Assembly (NCBI RefSeq): GCF_006345805.1
Contig: NC_042999.1
Span: 169,508,001 to 169,572,000 of the forward strand
Direction of reading: 5' to 3'
DNA: 64,000 nt
DNA from: Octopus sinensis
Lineage: Eukaryota
Numbering within the stretch: the first letter of the stretch is position 1; every line of letters starts with the position of its first letter. The position numbers and the translations under genes were made by a program. The notes below the pieces were generated by a model. It saw only the letters and a list, made by a program, of their open reading frames with translations, was not told the origin of the DNA and searched no databases. Positions 50,612-63,014 of the stretch are shown here, in pieces.

Positions 50612-50765
50612 TTTAAAATTTTGGCACACGGCAGCATTTTCGGGGAAGGGGATAAGACAATTACATCAACTCCAGCATTGAAGTGGCACTTATTTTATCA
50701 ATCTCGAAAAGGATGAAAGGCAAAGTCAGCCTAGGCAGAATGTAAAGATAGATGAAAGGCCACAA
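50612..50765 (-). mobile_element. tRNA-derived SINE fragment
   Basis: ggcacttattttatcaatctcgaaaaggatgaaaggcaaagtcagcct; reverse complement of the 51518 family. Confidence 0.65.
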
Positions 50766-50898
50766 AGGCCAGCCCATTGCCTAAATAATATTTATAATAT
50801 TATTGATATTCTTTTCTGATAAGATATTATTAATAATTATAAAATTGATGATAAAAATGGAGGAGATCAAAAAGAAAGAAAAGAAGAGATTAACTCAC

Positions 50899-51161
50899 TT
50901 GTTATTAACAAGAATGACGAATAAGAGAGCTGGCAGCTCAACAATCCCTGATAGGAAAAGGTTGATGTATCGATCTCCATGAAGACTTTTGGTGTTGAAG
51001 AGTAATCCATAGTACACACTACAGCACACAAACCATCCAAACATTAGAATTAAAGTGAATTTACAATTTTGAATACTGTTAAAAAGATGCCAGTAAGAAT
51101 ATGTTGTTTGTCCTTTCTTCCCATTCATTGTATTCGTGACATGTTCATTGTTACCATCTTC
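50899..51161 (-). CDS. SLC22 transporter exon 5 (EDGNN...SVYYGL...LSGIVELPALL...VNN)
   Basis: tttacag|GAA acceptor and AA|GTGAGT donor; 263 nt, phase 0 to 2; YYGL and ELPA motifs. Confidence 0.96.
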
Positions 51162-51517
51162 CTGTAAACAGAAATATGATGAGCAACAGTAGCAGCTACT
51201 TTCCAAGCTCCATACTGAATGGCAGCACAAGATCTCAGACACTGAGACCCTCAATCATACAATAGCACCCATCAACCATGGTCCCCATGTGAAGACCCAC
51301 TGCACTGGCTTGGTCACACATTGCCAGATTGGCCGACAAATGACTTTCAGAATGGTATTTCTGTAGTGAATTAGTAAAAGGGGAGTATTCACTAAATGGA
51401 CAACGTAAACACTACAAGGAAACTTTCAAGGCCTCCCATAAGAGATTTCAGCATTAATCCAGAATCATAGGGAGATCTGCTGTTAAAACAAGTTAAATGG
51501 AATAATTAACCCCCTGT

Positions 51518-51730
51518 AAGGCAGCGAGCTGGCAGAATTATTAGCATGCCAGACAATATGCTTAGGGGCATTTCGTCTGCCTTCACGTTCTGAGTTCAAA
51601 TTCTGCCAAGGTTGACTCTGCCTTTCATCCTTTCAAGGTCAATAAAATAAGTGCCAGTTGAACAATGGGGTTGATGTCATCAACTTATTACCTCTCCACA
51701 AACTGCTGGCCTTGTGCCAACATTTGAAAT
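51518..51730 (+). mobile_element. tRNA-derived SINE
   Basis: ggcagcgagctggcagaattattagc (A-box-like) ... gagttcaaatt (B-box-like) ... gactctgcctttcatcctttc ... ggccttgtgccaa. Confidence 0.78.
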
Positions 51731-52326
51731 CAATATTTATCCCCACTTAAACATGAATGTTCTCTTAGAACAAACTATTCTGCAGAAGTTAAATCTCTGC
51801 TAATTCCAGCAGCAAGACGACCAGATTGTGTGATTTCAACCATGTTTAGTCTTGTCAATGATAGACACTCAACTCTAGAGGCAGCAGCAATTCATCTCCC
51901 CACCATAGATTGACAGCACCAGAACAGGCCCTGGTGTCTTAAACAAGTTAAAGTTCCAAGACGGAAAAAGCCCCGAATTACAGACATACTGGCAAAAATG
52001 GATTTGTCAGCCACTCCTGGACACATCCATGAGTGATGTCATTATCATCATGCATACAGAAAGAACAAAGATTTGCTGGAATAATTGTTTATGTCACTCA
52101 ACTAATTAGTAAGGTTATAGAACCAGGTTTTTGTTCATTCAAGCAAACTAGAGTGAAAGAATGCTTAAGTAAAATAGCTGTTATTAAGCCCTGAACTCAC
52201 CATGGGTTTATTAGTTCAGCATCTTTACAACCTCACAATCATACTATTTTATGGGTATACATATCCTCATTTTGATAATCCTATATACTTCAGGATGGCC
52301 ACAAGAGAATGGAGAAACAAATTTAC

Positions 52327-52459
52327 CTGAATAAATAATTCAAGTTTAGCAAAGTCTGGGATAGGTCTTTTATTAACTTGTGCCATATCTGTTATGATTT
52401 TTCTCATTTCTTCATGTTTTCCTTTAGTTAGAAGCCAACGAGGGCTTTCGGCTACAAAC
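52327..52459 (-). CDS. SLC22 transporter exon 4 (WFVAESPRWL...ELFIQ)
   Basis: ttttccag|G acceptor and CAG|GTAAAT donor; 133 nt, phase 2 to 0; ESPRWL signature. Confidence 0.96.
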
Positions 52460-53641
52460 CTGGAAAATATACAGATTAGTTGTGATAAGGTATGTGGAAG
52501 CCAGTACATATTTTAGAAAGAAGTATTTGGGGAGTTATGGGTTAGTATTTGAGGGAGTACATAGAGGAATTGCTGAAATTATAAACTCCATTATTGGCTT
52601 TCATCCTGACTTGCTTCCTCTCTGTCAAGTCATCATCATCAATGGCATGGGTGGGCAGTTTGACAGGAATTGATGCATCCAAAGTCTGCATCAAGCTCCA
52701 ATGTCTGCTTTGGCATAGTTTTTGACTGGACGTCCTTCCTATCATCTAATACTTTACAGAGTGGACTGGAATGTTTTGTACATTCTACCCGCCCTATTGA
52801 GACTGCCATGCAGTTTACAGGACTACAAGTCTTGGGGTAGGTGGTTGGTCTGCTTCATGTGAGGGGACAAGGGATTATTATGAGAGAGTTGGGACAAAGC
52901 AGATTCCAGCATGGCTACTAAAAAAAAAAAACGATGGTAAGGGTTTTTTCTTTATTTTATTCCATATATTTTAGAGTTTCGTTTTCAGTTTGTCTTCTTT
53001 CTTGGGTTTCCTTTCCTTTTGTAACATTTTTCTTGTTTTGTTCTTATCCTAAACCTTTTCTCTTCCATGTAGTCAAATTATAGTTTGTCCAACCCATACC
53101 AGCATGGAAAACAGACATTAAAAGATGATTATGATGAGGATTTATATATTTTTTCCTTACACAGAAAGAAATTTGTTTTTTCAGGTGACTTTCTTACACA
53201 AATCCCCTTTTTTGCTTCAAAATATTTTTCTAAACCCATTATTGTTTCTTGATAATAGTTTTTTTTTTTTGCAATGTGCTGGTCGCTATATCCTCGGAAT
53301 ATTGACTTTAAAATGGAGGATTTGAAATTCTGTTTTCCAGTTTTCTTGTCCAAGCTACTCAGTCCACTTTACTTGCAATTTACTACATTAAAGCTATAGT
53401 TTTCTGAGATGTCAAGTGTAAGTATAACTATTACCGTAATTCTAATATTAAGTTCAGTTTTTAATTTTAGGTTGACTATTCTGTAGTATTCTCTTTTAAT
53501 GTTCTCCTTCAGTCTATGTGTTGTATTTTATCCTATCAGAAGTATTTGTATGGCTGGTTCTATTATAAATCTCTTATCCTAATGTTTCAATCTTACTCGA
53601 TTTTCTGATCTAATTAATTTCCCTGACACATTTGTGTAGCC

Positions 53642-54330
53642 CAGAGCTGGCCAACCTGAGGCTTTTATTTTGCGGCCCGCTTGCTACTTTCTTGAAACAG
53701 ATTTATTTAAACATTTTAAAATTTTACTCAAAAATTAAAGATTGTAATGAAAAGTAAAAAACGAAAGATACGACTGTTTTTGCAATGATAATATTTCATG
53801 TTGAAAGAACAATCATTCACTCATTATTATAATAATAGCATGAGAAAGCAAAATGCTTTCAATTCTGACAGTTCCTGTGATTGAAGTGGTCCACAATGTA
53901 ACTCAAGTTCCTAGTCCCAAATTCCATTTCATAGCCTGATATACTTTGGAATTCATGAACCATTTTTAATGAGTATAATCCCTTATAAATAGTTTTAAGC
54001 AGCCCATTTAAGGGATATGCCTTATAGTTTGTCTGAAGTGTTATTGGAAATGTCATTCAAAAGAATTTTAATAGGGTGAAAGCTAGGAAGAAGAGTCAAA
54101 GAGATAAAGTCTTCTTGAAATATTCCTTTCTTATGCAATGAGGAGAGTTGCCCTGCAATGGTATACTTATTTTCCATTATTGTTCTTCCAGCAATAATTG
54201 GTTACATCTGTTTTTGTTTTCAGTTTAGATCTGAACTTCACTTTTTATCCTTCTGATGTTCATAAGTGTCAAGAACTTGGATCAATCTAATCAACTGTAC
54301 CCTTCTCAACAGATCCAAGGCTGAACCTAG
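53642..54330. mobile_element. Possible decayed hAT remnant
   Basis: Only a hAT-like terminus (cagagctggccaacc...gcggcccgc) is recognisable; the extent is a guess. Confidence 0.3.
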
Positions 54331-55969
54331 GATAAAACAATCTTTACTATTAATATATTATTTTACACTGTTTATATTTCTTTTCATTTTTGTTGTATCT
54401 CCGTTTTTTTCTTGTTTTTTATCAAATGAAGAATCTTGCAAACCAAATCCAAAAACCAAATTTTCATCTTTTCTTAAACTTAAAATTTACTTTTATTGAA
54501 ATTTTACAAACTTCTTTTATTAATTTTTCATTTAATGTTATTTCTCATTTTTCTTTTCAAAAACATATTCTGGAAAATAGCTGAACCTAATGACGCCCCA
54601 CCCTCACATACACACTTTTTTTTTCATCTTTCCTGCTTGATTGTCAAAATCTCTCTGCTTCGTTCTAAATAGTCGACGGAATTAAAATGTGTTGAGGAAC
54701 GAAATATGGGAGTTATCTCCCCTGGATAATACTCAGACTTTAAATCTTCTTTCAACTGTGCTAAGGCGGATTTGAGGACCAATTACTTTAAACAACCTAA
54801 CCCGATTCTACATTGATATCTTTCCTTTGCAGTGTTCCTGTCATATTTTTAACTAAGATGCTACATTACTGAGTTTAAAGACACAGTCTTAGGCGTTGCA
54901 ACAGTGCTAGTAATTTTCAAAAAGGTGTTCTGCAAATCTCTTTTCTGTTGTTGCTATGAATTTACTAACAAGCCAACATTCGTGTATTTATATCCTTTTC
55001 TACCTCTAATTATTTACCTATCTATCTCAGTGAACAACAAGACTTGGTACAATGCAAATTGTTTTTAATGGTGAGAATATAGTTAGTTGATTCAAGTAAC
55101 TCCACCACATTTAAACATTTGAGCAGCCATCTTTTTACCATAAACCTTTAGAATATCCGTGAATTATCACTAAATATAACAATAGTTACTTTTATACCAA
55201 CCGTTTTTACAGTGTCTGTGGGTAACCACTAAGTATACTTTGTTATAAATATGTTTAATCAAAGCTAAGACAACACTCCACTTTCCACTCCCTCTATCAA
55301 CAAGGTTTTAGAAAACCCTCCTCAATCCATCTCTCCACCTCTTTCTCGAACACGACTCTTTCCCTACTCGCTCTTTCTTTAAGCACATTCTCTTATTCTT
55401 CAACACCAAAGTCTCCCTTCCTCATTCGACTGTCCATTGTTGCCATCATACTGCACACAAATTGTTACAAGAAATAGCCGTTTCTCATCACCCATTTCCA
55501 AATATAATTCTAAACCATTTCATTCCAGAAACAATGTCAAACAGCTTTTCACTTGTCTTCAGTCTCCTTTGTCATTCAAAGCATCATCACTTTGCCACTA
55601 ATCCAAACCTTCTTTAACATATATTTCATACTCTCTCAAAATAGCTTCTACATCAGTTACTGCCTTCTCCTGGACTTCGAGGATATACACAAAGAAAAAA
55701 TATTCACCTATTCTTAACTGACTCTCTTACAGGACAAAAAATTCTGATGGCCACCAGAATTATGCAAACTAGCCAGTTTTTACCCCCTCAACCCCCATAC
55801 ATGTCAAAACATTTAAGTAAAGAGCATTTATTGAACTTTTTTTTTTTAGTTGTTCAATCCCAGATCAACTGACTGGGTTATTTCAGATCAAAATAATTCT
55901 AGCTATAGCTTTTCCATCCTTCCAATATGTTCTCTTATTTTTGAATGAATAGAGTTTGGTTGGTATTTC

Positions 55970-56054
55970 TCGTTAAAATACGCCAGTCCCGAATTATGCC
56001 CAGAGAGAGGTCAGACATATTCCTATTGCCCAGAATCCAACACAACCAACAACA
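55970..56054 (-). pseudogene. Partial intronic duplicate of SLC22 exon 3 (copy of 56462-56550 with a 4-nt deletion)
   Basis: tcgttaaaatacgccagtcccgaatt[aaat missing]atgcccagagagaggtcag...cacaaccaacaaca; otherwise identical. Confidence 0.92.
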
Positions 56055-56418
56055 AGGAGTTGCGGTAGGAACATCAGAGAGAGAGAGAGAAAGATGGTGT
56101 TAATGAAATGAATGGATAAGGAAGCTTAGAATGTGAGAAAGTTAAGGGATTCAAAAAGAACTAATATGATGTGATATTTCATTATACAAAAAGCGATATT
56201 ATGCATTTTATCTAATAATACAAATAATGCAATAGATTTGCAGTTATGGTACTTCACAACTGAGTAGCTATATCCTGTCGTGAAAACAGTTGCTCCGACA
56301 AATAAAACAATCCTACTCATACAAATATGGAAGATCAGAAACTCAAAATTAGGTATGGGAACACAGTTACGAAAAAAAAAAAACACTTTTTGGTACCATG
56401 ATTAAAATATCTACTCAC

Positions 56419-56608
56419 CACCATGTTAATAGAAATGGAAAACCAAAACATGCAGATGAAATCGTTAAAATACGCCAGTCCCGAATTAAATATGCCCAGA
56501 GAGAGGTCAGACATATTCCTATTGCCCAGAATCCAACACAACCAACAACAGTTCGCCATTTTGGAACAATAAATTCCATAGGTAAAATATAATTGCTGAT
56601 CATTACAC
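56419..56608 (-). CDS. SLC22 transporter exon 3 (CVMISNYILPMEFIVPKWRT...IRDWRILT...LLTW)
   Basis: ttccacag|GT acceptor and TG|GTGAGT donor; 190 nt, phase 1 to 2; carries the E-x-x-x-x-x-x-R and RDWR motifs of SLC22. Confidence 0.95.
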
Positions 56609-57803
56609 CTGTGGAATAAACAAAATTTTAAAGTCAGCTGACATAAGGTTATGTTTTTTTCAGTTAATAATCTTTAAAAATGAAAAAAATTTATAACATC
56701 TCATATTTCAGCATTTTGAAATATAAGCAACATAATAGATTTTGGTTTTGTGTTAATTCTTTTGAACATTTATGAAAATAAATATACATGTGAATATATG
56801 TGTAAATGTGAATGTATAAACTAGATGATGAGTCCTGTCAACTATTTGGACACTGAAGTCATCATATATTCTATAACTAAAGGTTGTTATTTTCAGTATT
56901 TACCTCCAAGTTAGCCCTAACATAATAAACGTCATCAAAAGAGTTCCAATTGAGACTATTTCATCTTGTATTTTGACATAGTGTATCAAAGACTACACTA
57001 TCAAATGTCTTTCTTTTCTTTTTTTTAATAAGGTAAGATACTCATTTGAAGTAGATTTGGTTATTACTTCTAGCAGGTTGAGAAACTATGTAGAAGCTCT
57101 TTGGTTGGTTCATGTATATGACTGTGGAAAAAGGGATTAGGATAACATCAACGGTTTTGATTCCTAGACTGGATAGCACATTGTCCTTGAGCAAGTAACT
57201 TCATTTCACATTGCTCTAGTCTACTAAGCTGAAACTGAGTATCAACTGAATGCTGGTGCAGTCCTCTCTCTCTCTCCTTCCAGCAGTCACATCCTGGATG
57301 TTTCACTGCATCCCTATATAAGAGAGATGAGAGAGTGTAGAGATTTACTCCTGACTAAACAACCTAAAACAATTTCAAAATTGCAACCAGGTCATCTCCA
57401 ATTCTGGGTAACTATTGAAGTTAGTTATATACTATTGGCCACTCATTCTCAATGCATGTGCTTTGCTTGTTCACTGGAAGGCTGAGGTCTAGCAAAGTGG
57501 GATGACTCCCTTAAAGTGCCAGGTGTTAAAACACCTGAAAGTCATAGATAGGCAAAACAACTTGCCCCAAACCCCATTCAAGAGTGATGGACATTGATGT
57601 TTCACCATTTTTGTGGCTTATCAACATCATGTTCCTGAACTGAATCACCAATCTTTGACTATATACAAATAGTGTAAAAACCATTTGCTAGTATGCCACA
57701 TAAGAATAAATTCAAATATGATTCATGAATCAGAAGCAGCACTAGAGTTGTAAACATCATCAACCACATACATGCTTACAACAGTGCTGCTTTTAGTTCA
57801 TAT

Positions 57804-57851
<48 letters not shown>

Positions 57852-57852
<1 letters not shown>

Positions 57853-58020
57853 ATTAGAGAAAACCACTATTATTTTTTTGCTTATTATATATTGTTTATT
57901 CCTTTTCATACTTTTTGTGATCTAGTTAAATGTTTTTAAAACATATATTTTATTTTTTATTCATGATTTGGTTTATGTCTGTCATTGTTTGAATTGCATA
58001 ATAGTGGTTTTTCTCTAATT
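57852..58020. mobile_element. MITE-like element with 22-bp terminal inverted repeats
   Basis: aattagagaaaaccactattat / ataatagtggtttttctctaatt (1 indel), in a TA-rich context. Confidence 0.6.
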
Positions 58021-59181
58021 TATATATATTATATATTTATATTGTGAAATTTGATTTAATACTAAATTGAATTTTTCCCTGTAAGTTTGGAGTTATACTC
58101 CCTAATATCATTATTATTATTATTACTATAATAAAAGAATTAATTATTATTATTATTATTATTATTATAGACATATATATATATATATATATAGGGATCT
58201 TTTCTGTTAGGCTGCACTTCTTAAATATTTTAAATTGTGAAAATTTTCAAATCTGGTGTATCGATGATGTAATTTTTCACACTAAATCTCAGGGCCTAAT
58301 TCACTTGTTCCAGAATAATTTTTTTTAAACTTTGATAATTTTTACCTAGTCAGAAAACAGGATTTGGATGCTGCCATTTTGAGCATGACTGCAGTCATAA
58401 GACAACCAAGGAATAATGTCAAAGTTGCAATGATAGCACATGCTTTAAGAATCTAAGAAGTGAAAAATGACCAAAAAATGAATAAACAACACATATTTTG
58501 TAGTTTTAACGTAAAATATCCAAAACAAGCAAGAAAACACAGCATAAAATATCAGTTTGTAAACACACATGGTTTTTCGTAAACAAGAGTTCCAACACTT
58601 GGCTTGTTACTAAGGAAACAAGCACCTATATATATATATATATATATGTCTGTGGCTTTCAATTGGTTAAAATTATCCAAAATTTGCAGACTTCAAAAAC
58701 TGTTAACTGCTTATTTATTGATTTATGGCAAAAATGAATTTCATGTCAATAATTAGCTTACAAAACTACATCATTACACTAAATTTGAAATCAACTGGAA
58801 CAAAATTAAAGAAATTGAAAAGTGGCAGTCAAACAGAAGAGATCCATATTGATAAGTTGACCTGGCATAACTTATACCTTCCTGCAAACTTATATACACA
58901 AAGGAATAGTTGAATTCATTATTGTAATCTAACAATTTGTACAATACTGCTACTGCTTAGAATGACAATTTACATCTCACTATGGTATCTAAGACACTTA
59001 TTTGCATCTAGATCCACAGGTTCATTTGAAAATAAAGTATTTAAGGATATTTGACACAGTTTTGCTGACATGATATGAGCACACCATGCTCTCTTCATGC
59101 TTTCATATAAACTAATAAGAAATATGAAAATGCAGAATAGCAAATTAAGAAAAAATAAATCAGAAGATAAGATAAACTTAC

Positions 59182-59413
59182 AAGTGATGAAGGCACCAAT
59201 GAGGACTCTGCATCCACAGTAAACTTGCCAAGACACAGTTAATCCACTAGCAATTTGAAATATTAATAATAAGAAGTAAGAGCCGTAGAGAATTTTTTTC
59301 CGGCCAAAATAGTCTGAGAGTGGACCAGTGAGAAGACTGCCAAAAAGTAATCCTACCATGGTTAAGGTATTGATTAGAGTGATAGTATAACTTTGGTCAC
59401 AAACAAGATTCCA
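59182..59413 (-). CDS. SLC22 transporter exon 2 (WNLVC...GPLSDYFGRKK...LIGAFIT)
   Basis: tttcag|TGGAAT acceptor and T|GTAAGT donor; 232 nt, phase 0 to 1; contains WNLVC and MFS motif A (SDYFGRKK). Confidence 0.96.
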
Positions 59414-59932
59414 CTGAAATAAGAAAGAAAAAACAAAGAGGAAAAAAGCAGGCTTAAGCATAAAATAAGAAATATTGTTATTATTTATATTAAACAGCAC
59501 ATTTCTGTGTTTACTGACATACTGTCATTGTTAATTAGTAACTCATTACATAAAACAGCCACTTAGGCTAACACACATGGTTATTTCTTCTACACATTGC
59601 TTTACATTCATATTAATTATTCTTTTACACAGTAATCAGTTAATCTTAAACAAAGAATCAGTTAATCCTCAAATATAGTTCACACAGGGGAATACATTTC
59701 AGACTGTGAAGAGACGTATAACGTTTCAGGTAGAATCCTTTATCAAATGGAGAAGAAATGTTAACTTGTATTGAAGGATAAATAAATTAGAAAATGTTCG
59801 TCTTTTCTTCATCTTTCTCCCAGCATAAAATATATTCTACTGTCGGAACTCTTTGTTTTACTTTTTACCAACACAACACATCACTAGTTTCCTTGAATCC
59901 TACTGATTTATTAATCCTTATACACACTGTTG

Positions 59933-60180
59933 TGAGGGTGCATGGCCTAGTGGTTAGGGTGTTGCACTCATGGTTGTGAGATTGTGGTTTCAATTCCTGG
60001 CCCAGGTGGTGCGTTGTGTTTTTGAGCAAAACACTTCATCCCACTTCATGCTCTGTGGTCACTTTGATACCTGACATGTGGTACACTGTGCACCTGTTCA
60101 GGCAATGTTGATTGGATGGTGTGAATGGGCTAATGTATGGCACAAACATTTGATCATCATAAACAAATCATTTGTGAAGG
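59933..60180 (+). mobile_element. tRNA-derived SINE (third family)
   Basis: A box TGGCCTAGTGG and B box GTTTCAATTCC, then ttgtgtttttgagcaaaacactt; related fragment near 57130-57260. Confidence 0.78.
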
Positions 60181-61149
60181 TTGTTGAGCATGAAATTTTA
60201 GAACTATAACAAACTACCATCATAAACACTGCTCTTAATTAGTTAAACCTTACACACATTATTATAAATCAGTTAGTCCTTATACACACAGCCATTAATA
60301 AGCTAATCCTAATCCAAACTGCTATTAGTTAGTTGATTCTTATGTACACAGCTCTTAATTGGTTAATGCTTACACACACTTCTTTTAATGAGTTAATCTT
60401 TGCACATACAGCTGCTAATGAGTTAATCCTTCCACATCACAATCCATTGTCCTTAATGAGTTAATTGTTATACCTGCTGCTGCTGCTGCTATTAGAGTGA
60501 AGACAAATCTCTCTCAACAGGAATTTCTTTTTCATTTAGTCTACAAAGATGTTGTGCCTACAGGCTCTTCCAATGAGATACACAAGTGAATTTCTCAAAT
60601 TTGGTAGAACCAATTCCAGAATGAAGGCAATGTAAATTTAAATTTCCTTCCAAAGACACAATGAAATGTCTGCAGTGGATTTGAACTGAGAACTCACAAA
60701 ATATAAAATTAATATCTTACCCACATAACTGGTTTTACAGTGAGCAGCTATTAACACAGCATCATCTTTGATCTACAAGTTCTGATGGTTTATATGCCTT
60801 TTCTATTTTCTTACAGAAACTAGCAGAGAGTTCAAATAAAGGTACCTGGGTAGATAAAAGTGTTCTTACCATCATCACCATTGTGATCTAAAGAAATCTG
60901 AATGAATAAACTTATCCTAATTAACATCATATCAGATAATATTTGAAGATCTGCCAAAAACAACTGCCATGAGAGGTGGTGACTACCCACAGCTTAATTC
61001 ATTGATGGTGTCAAGAATGGACCAGCTTCTAACTTCGCCAAAAGTAATACAAAAGTTGGAGTAACGTTTTTTCATCAACTGACACAGGCCAATTCAAATT
61101 GAACATCTTAGTAGAATAAAACTTCTGCTATGGTGGCTCTTGTTTATAT

Positions 61150-62110
61150 TTTTCATTGCAGGCGAGTAATGGGTTCCAAGCAGAAGCAACATCCATTATT
61201 GAATTCTTGATGAAAGAGGAATGCAGACTTCTAACAGAGGGGTAGAGGCTGTTTGCTGAAATAACATTATTATTAACAAGAGCAGTGTGCACAGACTGAT
61301 GAAGACACTTAAAGAAGAAGAAACTAGCCTTGAAAACAAACTACACAGTGGAAGACCATTGACTGCAACCACTGGCACAAATCACAGAGAGTGAACAAAT
61401 TGATTTGCACAGATGAGTTTTTATCTGTGTGCTTTCGGCACAACTGAACTCTGTGGTCACAATGCATTAAAGAAGCTGGTGAAAGACAAGAGATCAAAAA
61501 GTAGGTGCCTGATTTGAAGGAAAGAAGGGTGAAGTTTGATCTGATTTGCTAGAAGTATTTAAACCTAATGAAGACTTTTTTTTTTCTTTGCCTGATCTCA
61601 TAACAAGGAATGAAACATGGTCTTTTTGATTCAGAAGTGGAGGCTCAGTCCATGAAATAGTCACACCCTTTCTCTAAGGCCTAAGAAGTTCCAGAGCCAG
61701 TGATCAGTGCAGACAGAAAGTTTTGGTCACTGCTTGAGGGATGACAAGGACAGCAATCTCCTTAATTTTCTGGAAAGTGGCTTGAGACTTTCAGAAAGCT
61801 TAGAAGAACCATTAGAAGGAAGAGACCAAACAAGAATCTGAAAACAATCCACACTCACCTCACAATGCAAGATCAAACATGTCTTTGGCAAATATCAGGT
61901 AATTGATAAATTGGGCTGATCAGTGGAACACCATTCAACATATAACCTGGTGCTGTTGTCCTGCAAGTGTTCAGTCCAATGAAAGACTGAGAATGATTTG
62001 ATGTCAGTAACGAAGTGAATGTGTAAAGGAGTGGGTACAACAGAGCAGATCTGAATTTTTTAACAATGGTGTAGCTGTATTGCTTGTATGGAGACTATGT
62101 CGAACAGTAC
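61150..62110 (+). mobile_element. Very old mariner-like remnant
   Basis: Remnant peptide INKSSVHRLMKTLKEEETSLENKLHSGRP resembles a mariner HTH/linker; heavily decayed. Confidence 0.4.
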
Positions 62111-62684
62111 TTTTGTATAGAATAGTTATTCTACCAACCTGTGCAATTTGAACAACTTATGTCAGTTAATACAAGAAAACTACCTACTCTTACTTTACTT
62201 TCACCCTCAAATTAACATATCTTGTGTTTTATAATTAAATCCAGTGAGGTTAACTTGGAATTTAATTCTTTTTTTTTTTTTCAGTTTAAATCCAAGTAAA
62301 ACCATAATTGGTGTCATCAAATAAATTATAGCATATGAAACTGAAAACTTGATACACAATTTTACATACTTCTCCAAATACAAGAAGACATTGATTAAGT
62401 ATTATAGTAAATAAAATACCTGTTTTATTTCAATGTTTACACTATATATTGAAACGTGTGAAATTTGTTATCTTATTGAGCAAGAATAACACAGAATAAA
62501 GATCTTGAATATACATTTTTGGGTATACTGAGTAGACTTCTATGTTGGTATAAAAATTATTTATTAATTTTTATTAGAAAATCAGTTGTAAATTGCATTT
62601 GAAAACATTAACACATCAAATTGATTAGATTTTCACAATATATGGAACAAAGTAGGTCATAAAATGAATGAAAAGAATACATAC

Positions 62685-63014
62685 CTCACTCACAATTGAT
62701 GTGAATTCTGAATCAAATATAATTTTAGAACATTGTTCTTTCTGCAATAATGCATTGCAAGACAAGCTGAGCAGTTTGTCAGAACTGTTACTATTTTCTC
62801 TTTGAGTGTTATTCCAATCAGGGGTCACTGTTGTGTTTGTCCCCTCAGAGTAGTTAGCACTAACACAATACCAATTCATCTTGGCATGTGTAAAAATGGG
62901 TAAAACCATTGCCAACCCTGCTGATATTTCTAAAAGACTAACCAGTATAAACAGTCGTCTTTGATAGGGACCAAAGCCACGCAACTCTTCAAAGATTTGT
63001 TCATAACTAAACAT
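62685..63014 (-). CDS. SLC22-family transporter, coding exon 1 (aa 1-110: N-terminus, TM1, glycosylated extracellular loop)
   Basis: ATG at 63014; MFSYEQIFEELRGFGPYQRR matches the typical SLC22 start (G-x-FG-x-YQ). Cys50/86/95 and N-x-S/T sequons present; ends TSIVSE|GTATGT, phase 0. A polypyrimidine acceptor (ttttctcctatttgcag, AG at 63037-63038) lies 22 nt upstream of the ATG, implying an upstream non-coding exon. Confidence 0.95.

Noticed and set aside
59933-60000. tRNA-like A/B boxes (also at 36500-36585 and 51518-51600)
   Set aside because: No complete cloverleaf; they continue into SINE bodies, so they are SINE heads rather than tRNA genes.
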